Assembly: GCA_951406725.2 (NCBI GenBank)
Contig: OX597824.1
Coordinates: 47,740,001-47,804,000, forward strand
Reading direction: 5' to 3'
Origin: Octopus vulgaris
Taxonomy: Eukaryota
Length of the DNA: 64,000 nucleotides
The position numbers were made by a program, and so were the translations under genes. This document shows, one piece after another, positions 53,894 through 64,000 of the stretch. Position 1 is the stretch's first letter. Each line of letters opens with the position of its first letter. The notes beneath the pieces were generated by a model. It was not told the DNA's origin, did not search any database, and was given only the letters and a program-made list of their open reading frames with translations.

Positions 53894-54772
53894 GTGTGTG
53901 TGTGTGTGTTTTTGTCCCCCACCACTACCTGATAATAGGTGTTGGTTTGTTTATGACCCATAACTTATTGGTTTCACAAAGGTGACCAATAGAATAAGTA
54001 CAAGATTTAATATAAGTGCTGAGTCAAAGGTAATGATGATGGTTTACATAGCAACAAGCAACAAGTTTGTCAAGGAGTAGTAAACTACATCAATTCTACT
54101 GCAAACTGGTGTTCATTTCTATTTACCTTGATATGACTTGAACTTGAAATACACAAGTTCAACATTGCTATATGGACAATGCTGTTCAGAGCACTAACAT
54201 TTCTGTTGGTTCAATAATAATTCATATTTGATGTAATTAAGCACCCAAAGAGGGTATTGAACAAATTTTGTTACATCAGTTAAATTTTATTACATTTTAT
54301 ATATTTATTTTTATTTATAATCATTTAATACATCCAAATATTGATGAAGCCCACAGAAGGCCAACTCAGTTGGAATAAATCAGCTTATTAACTAGTTTGG
54401 TTACAGAAAAATGAACCAACCAAATTGGTACACTGTTAAGAAATAACCAACAGAATGTTTGAAGATGGCAAAACATGAATCAAATTAAATATTATGAAAT
54501 ACAACTTGTGGTACATTCATGTTAGCCATTTAAGTGTTAAGATGTATGTGTGAATTTAGTGGCTGCCCGACTACCACAATGTAAATTATTCGGTTTCAAC
54601 AGATAATAGCAGATTGATAACAGATATGGAAGGGGTACAACTCCATAATAATATAAAATGTCAGGCATACTGTAATATTTCCAAACAGCTGAATTATTAT
54701 TATTATTAATTATCACTTATTAATTAATCTTGTAATGACAAATAAGAAAAGAGAAAGAAAGGGACAACTTAC

Positions 54773-54997
54773 AGGACATTCAGTGAGAATAGACTTGAGC
54801 ATTGGTAAATGTGACTGGTTGAGATCACGAATTGATTTAATGTTACGTTTATGGACAATGGCTACAAAGTACAGGGAATCAATATCAGTGCCATTCCATT
54901 TAAGATCAGGCAATAAAATGAATCCCTTTTCAGGATCTGGGTCTTCATATAAAATTCTCTCCTTTTCAGATTTCTTATTCAATATGTTATATACCCA
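54773..54997 (-). CDS. DCPS: DCPS exon 3
   Basis: CAG|WVYNILNKKSEKERILYEDPDPEKGFILLPDLKW...SIRDLNQSHLPMLKSILTECP|GTAAGT; 225 nt. Confidence 0.94.
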
Positions 54998-55896
54998 CTG
55001 AAAAGAAAACCAAAAGATAGATAGATAGAATGTATGTATGTATGCATGCATGCATGTTAAAATTTACTACATTTTATATATTTATTTTTATTTATAATCA
55101 TTTAATATATGCATGCATGTATATAGGCGATTCTGTTATTTTAAAAATTAGTTACATTGGATAGTAACAGAATTAATAATATCTTTGCAAATCAACTTTT
55201 TGTGAATTATTTTTCTCGTGAATTGTTTGCTCCTGTATCGAGATATATGTGTGTGTGTCATATACATATTTCATTGTTTGATAAGTGCCACACATGAAAT
55301 TCTTTTGCTCTTGAATCCCTTTGTAACTTTTGCCAATTAAAAATAGCCAATAATTATTATATATTATTAACATCATTTAACGTCCATGTTCCTTGCTGGT
55401 AGGGGTTGAATGGTTTTTATAGGATCTGAAAGGTCCCAGGACAGCATTGTGGTCTACTGTCTACTTTAGTATGGTTCCTATGGCTGGATGCCCTTCCTAA
55501 TGCCAACCACCTTACAGCATGTACAGGGTACTTTGTGTGTCACCAGCTCTAGTGAGGTTGCCACTACCTTCCCTGCTTATTACATCACCTAGGTAATAAA
55601 AAGCTATCAACTACTTCTAGTGAGCTATCTGGACATTTAAGAGAATCTATTTCTGATTGCTCATAATACATATTGCTCAAGTGCATGTCACAAAGCTTAC
55701 TTTCTCTATTAGATTGCCTGTGATTCCACTACACTTCTTATGTACCCATAGCTTACATTGATTACAACATATGGAGTTTATACTCCTTTCCTGTATATTG
55801 AGCAAAGTTATTTCCCTGAAGACACCAGGGTCCCATCTTTTTTCCTACATACAAAAACCTTACTTAGTCTTTGCTAAGTTTGTGCGTGTGTATGTA

Positions 55897-55961
<65 letters not shown>

Positions 55962-55962
55962 C

Positions 55963-56243
55963 ACCGTGACCGACCAGGCTATCAGATGTTGCTACACATC
56001 ACTGGTCACAATGCACTTCTCATTGTTTTAGCCTTCACATGATGCCACCCCCGCTGGCTAAGCAAGCAAGCCTACAGGAAAAAGAGTGAAAGTTGTGACG
56101 AAAGAGTACAGCAGGGATCCCCACCCCCACCCTGCCGGAGCCTCATGGAGCTTTAGGTGTTTTCACTCAATAAACACAATGCCCAGTCTGGGAATCAAAA
56201 CCGCGAATGTGCTGCCCTAACCACTGGGTCATTGCACCTCCAC
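55963..56243 (-). mobile_element. tRNA-derived SINE, third family
   Basis: Reverse complement begins GGAGGTGCAATGACCCAGTGGTTAGGGCAGC...GGTTTTGATTCCCAG; flanked by (TA)n. Confidence 0.65.
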
Positions 56244-56429
56244 ATATATATACATATATCATCATTGTTTAACGTCCATCTTCCATGCATGCATGGGTAG
56301 GACAGTTCACAGGAACTGGCCAAGTACAAAAACTACCCTATGCTACTGTCTGCTTTGGCAGGGTTTTTATGCCTGGATGCCCTTCCTAACACTAACTACT
56401 CTGCAGAGTGGACTATAAATATATATCAT

Positions 56430-57010
56430 TCATAGTACACTGCTGATAACAATGTACTTCCAATTTTGTCGTGACTGCACCATTGTTTTCTATCTTGACC
56501 CAAATTGCTTGACTAAATTGTCTTCCCATATCATGGTGGCCCTTTCCAATCTCTTGGATACTACTTGGCACCTTGCATGGATCCACCTGTTGTCTGTGAA
56601 TCTTGCAACATGTCTGGCCCAAACGGAACTTGTGCTTTCAGTACTCTGTGATCACATTGTTCACGGCTCCATTCTCAAATCTCATTTCGAATGTGTTCTC
56701 TTTGTGATGTTCCTAGCATGGATCTTTCCATAGCCCTTTGTGTTGTAACCAATCGATGTTCAATCCTTTTTGTAGTAGTGCACAGCTTATTTGCATATGA
56801 GGGCACAGGTAGAATGGTGCTACTGAAGAGTCTGGCACATATGGCATTGTCTAGCTTTGTTCCAAGCACATCCTTTATTGATTTAAATGCCATCCATTCT
56901 GCTCTTATTGTCTTTGAGATTCCAGCATCCATATCTCGGCACATATTCATTGTGTGCACTACCTCCTCGATTTCATCACTTCTCACTTCTATTCAGCCTT
57001 GTGTTAAAGG
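56430..57010 (-). mobile_element. Old RTE-type LINE C-terminal fragment
   Basis: ARLFSSTILPV...LVTTQRAMERSMLG...EHIRNE, then WARHVARFTDNRW. Confidence 0.75.
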
Positions 57011-57696
57011 TAACAACATGGCTTTCAGCAAAATTCTTAAAAGAAAGGGATCTTTTAGTGGGTGACATATAAGTGTTGGATTTGGTTCTACAGTAGGAGG
57101 AAGAGAGTGAAGTGGATGGAAGTGTTTGTTTATAACTGTTTCCATACTCCTTAAGATGGTAGAAATGAGAGAAATTGGTCAGAAATGGTTGGGTCAGAGA
57201 GCTTAATCTAAGGAGTGATGAGAGACATTTGAGAGAGTGAGAGACAGGATAAGACTGAGTTTTGCAAAGATATCAGCTAGATTTCAAGGACATGGAATAT
57301 AATGGAAGGGATATTGCCAAGTTTTTGAAGTCAGTGTCACATGTGAACATGATGGTGAGACTGATATCACTTTTATTTCATTACACACACAACAACTATA
57401 TTGTCTGTGTGAGTGTGTTTATAGACTTTATTAGCATGACTCTTCTGAATTATAACAATATTGGTCTTAATACAGTTTTGGATGAAAATTTTTCCAAAAT
57501 AAATTTAAAATAGCAACATCATAAAATAATTCTTTGTAAATTAAAGAGCTGGTTTTTTTCATTTCTATTTCATATAAAATGTTCTAAGTTTTCAGTATTT
57601 TTTTACACTTTTTCTTTATGAGCTGGAAGCTATTCCATGGCCAAAACACTGCAAATTAATTCCTTGGAGAAAAAAAAAGAAAGATAAAATACATAC

Positions 57697-57842
57697 GTCT
57701 ATACAAAGGGCTTCCTTTTCTAAGGCTGGCAAAGCAATTTTCTGATATATCTCTGGTGTTTCATGAACAACAAAACACTCTTGCTGAGTATATTTGGTAA
57801 TGTGCAAGTCTGTGGCGGGATTAATAAATGTTGCTTTTACAT
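57697..57842 (-). CDS. DCPS: DCPS exon 2
   Basis: CAG|(D)VKATFINPATDLHITKYTQQECFVVHETPEIYQKIALPALEKEALCID|GTATGT; 146 nt, phase 1/0. Confidence 0.92.
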
Positions 57843-60584
57843 CTGCAAAGAAAAAAAAAAACTTATGTAAACAAACAGCTGAAAATAACAAGTCTCTATG
57901 TGGTCTCTCAGACTCCTGAAAACAGCAACCAGAATCATACCTTATACAAAAAATACAGGATGGTAACAGTCAAAACACCTTTGATTCTAGGTCTGATTGA
58001 TCAGGATTGGCCAACAACTGTAACCATTTTTCTTTAACCCTTTAGCATTCAAACCAACCATATCCACCCCAAATAGTCTACCAGTTTTATGTTCAAACCA
58101 ACCAGATCCAGCCTCTCACCCCAACCCTACAGGGTTGTTCTAAAAATAAACAATCACTGAACATACTGGTGAAGTAAATCTAATGGTGTGAAGAATCAAC
58201 ACAGCATACAAGTGGAACACAACACAATATGCAGTTGTCATGGTAACAAGCTGTTGCTTGGTTAAAATTACCCAAATTTCCCAACTTTAATTCCAAATAA
58301 CATTAGATTCTTTAATTTATAAGATAAAGTAATTAGTTGATCATAATCAAAATTCAGAGTTGCATTGATAGACCAAAATTGAAAGCAATCTGAGCAAAAT
58401 TAAAGGGGGTTAATTTTGTGAATGAAAAAGACTAGATCCATGCTAAGTCATATTCGCTTTGTGAGTTTAAATGTGCAGGGACGAATCATGATGTTGTCGA
58501 CTTTAGATGTAGTAAGAGCTAGTAGTGGCAATGTTGGCAGTGATGAATTTCATTGTCCTAATGCAGAGAAAGTGAGCAATTAGCTACCTGGAGGCATATG
58601 CAAACTAAACTTCTTAAGTTGAGCAAAATTGATCTATTTAAGGAAATTACTGGGCTCCATTGCGATAGTAAAAAGTAGTTAACCATTTAATAGTTTTAGT
58701 AAATTTATACAGAAAAAGTATTATACCGTCCAGCATAAATAAAAGTCAACTTCATTATATCTGTAAAAACCTATTCTGACATTAAATGAGTCAACTTCCC
58801 ATACGAATGTTTATAATTTGTATGTCATTTTTCAACAAAAAAGATTTCTAAACAAAATCTGGAAATAATTCACTCATGTAACTTACACACCCACTAAAGT
58901 TTATTTTTGTTTGTGAAAAAAGTGCATAAATTACATGGGTTTTTAAGGTAATCTTAAATTTTGGCCTAACAACTACCTGGACAATTTTGTATAAGTAATG
59001 AACCTATTTATTACCTTATGACATTTTCAATGACACACCTGATATTTTGCATACATTGGTGTAGTTCCCTGGAAAAGGGCTCATAAAGTTGGGAAATTGC
59101 AAAAATATGCTCATATGTCATCCACATAGTAAAACTATCTAATTGTTTTTGTTTTCCTCAAAGCCATTAAAGCAGTTGATGTTATTTCTGGAAGACACCT
59201 GTGCTTGCCTTTCTATCATACTTTAGCCTTTCAATAACTGGCATAAAGATACCGCCCCTTCTCAAATACTCTCCACCCACTTAGCTATACACTAGTGGAG
59301 ACAAGAATATATTTATCAATGGTTTATTACTTTACATACATCAGGGCTTAAGTCGCCAATTATTTATGTTTAGTCTGTTTAGTTAATTCAGATTCATTTA
59401 ACGCTCACTGCTAACATTATTTTGTCTCCCTTCTCTCTTTGCAAGTCCACTTCGCTGCAGACCAACTCCCCAGCTAGCCCGCAGCGAAATTCCTGTCTAC
59501 AGTTCATCTGTTATGAATCCTGCCCTAAATAGCTCCCCACACAGAACTGTTGACTGTCATTGGAACTGGGAAGGCGTTTTAATTGTCCTGCCCATGCATG
59601 TGGTTACTCGGTTCTTTGGTGGCTGTTTCTTGTCAAGGGTTGGTGTGATCTGCCTAGGGCAGTCCCTGTTGGGTGGTTGGGCTACCTGAACAGGGCTGTC
59701 AATATTGAGATGGTCTAGTTTCATAGTTGCTCTGGTGTGTTGATGGACCTTGCTGATGCCATGTAAAAAGTACCCAGTACACACTGTAATGCAGTTGGCT
59801 TTAGGAAGGACATCCACCCTTAAAAACCACACCAAAGCTGACACTAGAACTTGATGTCGCCCTGTGCATAGAAAACAGACGTTAAATGTAGATAATGATA
59901 CTGATTCAGTGAAAATTGCTGAAGAATCCAAAAGTACCGTTTGCCTATCCATCGGTTTATGTTTAGACAATCAGGTCTCCTGTCTAATGTAGGACTTCAT
60001 GAATATTCCCCCCCCCCCCCAAGCCAGTCTCATCACGAGAACACAAATTACTTTCCTTCATAAGTCCAACACATTATGCTCCTGCAGCAACTGTGTCTCA
60101 GTTGGCATCTTCGCCATGTCTCGTAACAATGTTAATCCCAGAACGTTTTTTGAACAATTCGGGTCCAACTTCGCTAGTTTTAAATTCCATTTATTCTCCA
60201 AGCTGTTCGTAAACAGAATTAGCTCTTTTGCAAATAAATGATCCAGTCACCCACCTGCTAAATAAACGGTGTGTATAACATTTACAAGACGGTGGATTGG
60301 TGACACGGTGTTTGATCTAATCTAGTCTCCAATTGACGAACAACCCTGGACAATCGGAGCTAATTCGAAATATATTAGATATAGAAATCGAGAAAATAGG
60401 CATCAGTGTTATTAAGCCTGTTATTGTCGCACTTTTTAGCTAATACTTTTCCCCTCAAAATGATCAAACACGTCGGAGAAAATTTCGTAACATGAGTTTT
60501 AAAATAATTTTGGTAAATTTTTATCTAAGGAAATCATTCGTTGCCACACTTTTATTCATTAACAAATTAATAGAAAAGCATTCG

Positions 60585-61485
60585 TTACCAAGCATAACTA
60601 CAGATGTATACCCCTCCCCGACTTTTTTATTTTTGGAGGTTATGAACCTCCAAAAATAAAAATTGATACTTTTCAACGAAACTTTTAACAAATAATCGCT
60701 TAGATCCTGTAGATTGAGTGTATGTAAAGATTTGTTTGAAAATTTTTTTCCGAGGGGTTAGGAAGAGGAGTTTCGGAAAATTCACACGACCCGAAATTTT
60801 CCCCCTCATAACTTTCAGGAAAATGGGTATTTTTTAATGAAATTTTATACAAATACCTTTCAAACGGTGTAGATTAGCAGGATCGCCCTTAAATCACACA
60901 TTTTCCTCTGAAATTATTAATTTTTTTAATCAAAAATGTTTCTCTCACGGTTAGTGTGTAGTGAAGAAAAAAATTGTCAAAACCGGTCCAGACTTGGTGA
61001 GAGTAAAAAAAAAAAAATAATAATATTTTAGTTTTCGTGAAAAGATGCCTCCCATCATTCCGAAGACTGTGCTGAAAAGATCCCCGTCAAAACGGAGAAT
61101 TTCCAACTTACGTTGGTCGTCTGATCCGTACCCCCCCCCACACACACACACACACACACAACCTTCCAAAAAATTTTGCCTTCAAATTTTTTTGTAATCG
61201 TAATCTACACCGTTTGAAAGGTGTTTGTATAAAATATTTCATTAAAAAATACCCATTTTCCTGAAAGTTAGGAGGGTGGGAAATGTCGGGTCGTGTGAAT
61301 TTTCCAAAACTCCTCTCCTTAACTCTTCGGAAAAATTTTTTCCAACAAATCTTTATATAAACACAATCTACAGAATCTAAGCGATTATTTGTTGACAGTT
61401 TCGTTAAAAAGTATCCATTTTTCTGGAAGTTATGAGGCAACAAAGTCGGGGTGGGGGTGAGAAGGTATGTAGTTATGCCCGTTAC
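60585..61485. repeat. Long imperfect inverted repeat (arms about 290 bp, spacer about 320 bp), foldback/MITE-like, in DCPS intron 1
   Basis: 60585-60877 is the reverse complement of 61201-61485, e.g. CTTTCAGGAAAATGGGTATTTTTTAATGAAAT / ATTTCATTAAAAAATACCCATTTTCCTGAAAG. Confidence 0.88.
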
Positions 61486-61962
61486 CAAAGGAGTCACAGT
61501 GTGAAGAGAGAAAGAGAAATTTGCCGCCGTAAAAAAAAAAAAAAAACAATAAATAAGCATCTAATAAAATTTTCAGAAAATATTATGACATAACCTTGTA
61601 AAAAATACCCAAAAGAAAAGAAATGTTGACTTTTTACAAAATAACGGTCAATAAAGTAGTGACATTCAACGAGCGGGAAAAACGAAATTATTGAAGGTTT
61701 ACTTTTGTATGCAGGAATGAAATTAAGAAAATTCCAAATATCAACTATGCTATTGCATTTTCAGGGGGTATCCTCGCTTTTACGGTCTTAAATTCAAATT
61801 GGTCTTTTAATACAGTCCTATATATGTCTATTTCGTTGTTGCACCTATTTTTTCATATTTATGCAAAAATAAAATCATGAAAATGACGGCGAATAATATA
61901 TCGAGAAAATATCAAACTGGTTACGTTATATCTATTTAAAATAAATGAATGGTATGTTTTAC

Positions 61963-62278
61963 CGTAACTTGGTTTAGAAGGCGCCAACAATAAAGAATAA
62001 TAACAATCGTTGCGGAAGCTGACATCCATATGATCTGAAAGAACTAATTCTTTGGCATATTCGATATTTATTGGATTTCGTTCAAGAAACAATACGGCTT
62101 TGTTTTCGTTGCTAGTTTCATCAGAACTGTCTTGTATTCTACCTTCGACGACCAAAAGCTTTTTGGCAGCATCTTCTCTTAAAACTTTGATGACTTGAAA
62201 GTTACTTAGATCTTTCTTAACTTTATTAAACTCTTCTACTTTCTGTTTCTTTGAAGCAGGTTCTCCACTCTCCGCCAT
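61963..62278 (-). CDS. DCPS: DCPS exon 1
   Basis: MAESGEPASKKQKV (NLS-like)...FQVIKVLREDAAKK...AVLFLERNP...FRNDCY. Donor GTAAAA, phase 1. Spliced CDS 1011 nt = 336 aa plus stop. Confidence 0.9.
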
Positions 62279-62539
62279 CTTTCTTTATACGCAATCATGG
62301 CCGAATAGTTAATTAGCATATTTCATAATCAGGAGATCCCGGGTTCGATCTCAATGCCTGAAATCATTACTAGGTGTCTTTTAATGTAGTATTTGTTTAT
62401 TTAGTCTAGCTAATTAAATTTATTAGAGGAAATATTTATTATATTATAACTGTATTTGAAATGTCCAGCCATGCCACACAGTCATATTAAATTTGTGCGA
62501 TTTACCTTAATGGGTGATCTTTCGGTATATGTACGTAAA

Positions 62540-63170
62540 AATGCCCGTAACCCACTTGGTTCTAGGTTCAATCCCACTCCGTGGCATCTTAAGCTGGTAT
62601 CTTCTACTATAACCATCGGCCAACCAAAGCGTCATGAGTGGATTTGATAAGTGGAAACTGAAAATGTACTGAGTGAGTGAGTGAGAGAGAGTGTATCTGT
62701 GTCTTTGTTCCCCACCATTGCTTGGCAATTAATGCTGATGTCTTTACGTTCCCGTAACTTAGCAGTTTGGCAAAAGGTACCAATAGAATAAGTACCAGGT
62801 TTTTAAAAAAAAGTAATTTGTTCAACTAAAAAAGTAATTTGTTCAACTAAAAAAAGTAATTTGTTCAACTAAAATTCTTGAAGGCAGTGCCCCAGCATGG
62901 CCATAAGGCAGCGAGCTGGCCGAAACGTTAGCACGCCGGGCGAAATGCGTAGCCGTATTTCGTCTGCCGTTACGTTCTGGGTTCAAATTCCGCCGAGGTC
63001 GACATTGCCTTTCATTCTTTCGTGGTCGATTAAATAAGTACTAGTTACGCACTGGGATCGATATAATCGACTTAATCCGTTTGTCTGTCCTAGTTTGTCC
63101 TCTCTGTGTGTAGCCCCTTGTGGGTAGTAAAGAAATACATAGTCTAATGACCGAAACAAATGAAAGATGT
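62540..63170 (+). mobile_element. SINE with a second SINE (62907-63138, Nin/Deu-like core) nested in its 3' end
   Basis: Host body breaks at CAGCATGGCC and resumes at ...AGTCTAATGACCGAAACAAA. Insert has GGTTCAAATTCC and GCCTTTCAT.CTTTCG.GGTCGAT.AAATAAGTAC. Confidence 0.75.
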
Positions 63171-63208
63171 ATACAATATTTATGGATATCTAAAAAAGTT
63201 ATTGCACT

Positions 63209-63594
63209 AATTACCTTTACTAAGGAAGGAGGTTATGTTTTCATTGGCGTTGAATTGTCCGTCTGTGTGCAAAATAACTCAAAAAGTTGTGAACGGTATT
63301 TGATGAAACTTGCAGGAAAAGTTGGTAATGACACAAGGAACAGAGGATGAAATTTTGGTAATGATCCTTGGAATTTTTATGGATTCTTGAACGATGTTTC
63401 ATTTGTTATATTTACTTTACATGAAGTTACGTTCTTTAATTATCTCCCTTGAAAACACGTTCCTCGTACATAACCTATGGTGACGTTGCTGTTTCCAAAG
63501 TTTATTTTCGTTTCTCCATTATTAATTTTACTTGCGTATCTATCTTAAAATGAGCTTGGCAGAGGTCTGCACTCTCAGAGTGCTTTTCTAGTTT
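63209..63594 (+). mobile_element. Non-autonomous Helentron/DINE-1-like element
   Basis: TTACCT...AAGGAGGTTATGTTTT start, subterminal CTTGGCAGAGGT, 3' hairpin GCACTCTCAGAGTGC, end CTAGTT. Confidence 0.7.
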
Positions 63595-64000
63595 CAACTA
63601 CGATTGTTATATACAAGTATGAAAAAACATTCTTTGGGTGGTTTGCTGCTAGCTTCTATATTTGTATTGTTTTTTCACATATATAGAATTACATTAGCTA
63701 ATGTATGCTTTTGTAGGACCGTGCGAAGGAGAGGTGACTAGAATAGCTCCTTTAATACACCATGGAAAAGAGAGACAACCAATAGAATGTTTAAGAGAAA
63801 GATTTTATTGATAGGTTAATATGTGTCTGTGTGTGCGTCATATATGCATAATAATAGACAAGCTGTCTGTATACAAAGTGTGTATGTCTGTGCATAAAAT
63901 ACAGAGTATTGAAAGAGTCTATAATAGGACGCTAGAAGAATGTTCAGACACAAGGTTGATAAATACCAGTTCGTAGTCAAAGTGCACGATAGTTGAAGTG

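Noticed and set aside
59990-60420. CpG-richer, coding-looking stretch in DCPS intron 1
   Set aside because: Frames are short or stop-interrupted with no recognisable motif or consistent splice sites; possibly an old transposon.
62806-62875. 21-22-bp unit AAAAAAGTAATTTGTTCAACT x3
   Set aside because: Simple slippage duplication inside a SINE; no sign of function.

Overview
Eukaryotic, AT-rich, repeat-dense genomic DNA. The SINE/RTE repeat families and the (TA)n/(CAT)n microsatellite load suggest a coleoid cephalopod, probably Octopus (inference). Two complete, convergent, intron-containing genes can be spliced by hand. SLC35E3 (+ strand, 6 coding exons, 19618-36535, 317 aa) has a fourth intron with minor-spliceosome (U12) signals. 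DCPS, the m7GpppX scavenger decapping enzyme (- strand, 4 coding exons, 62278-48003, 336 aa), carries the HIT motif HFHVH. A third gene is visible only as a short terminal exon (5594-5691) encoding a Cys/His-rich microprotein tail ending in a CaaX box; the ORF track misses it. The rest is mostly transposon debris: RTE LINEs with a PHD-type C4HC3 finger at the end of the RT domain, Tx1/L1, R4/Dong, CR1 and Penelope fragments, three mariner relics, a Helitron with both termini, MITEs and many tRNA-derived SINEs. The window also holds several near-identical local duplications, including a 360-bp inverted copy bracketing SLC35E3 exons 2-3. No prokaryotic system or CRISPR array is supported. Repeat boundaries are approximate and family calls come from motif recognition, not database searches.
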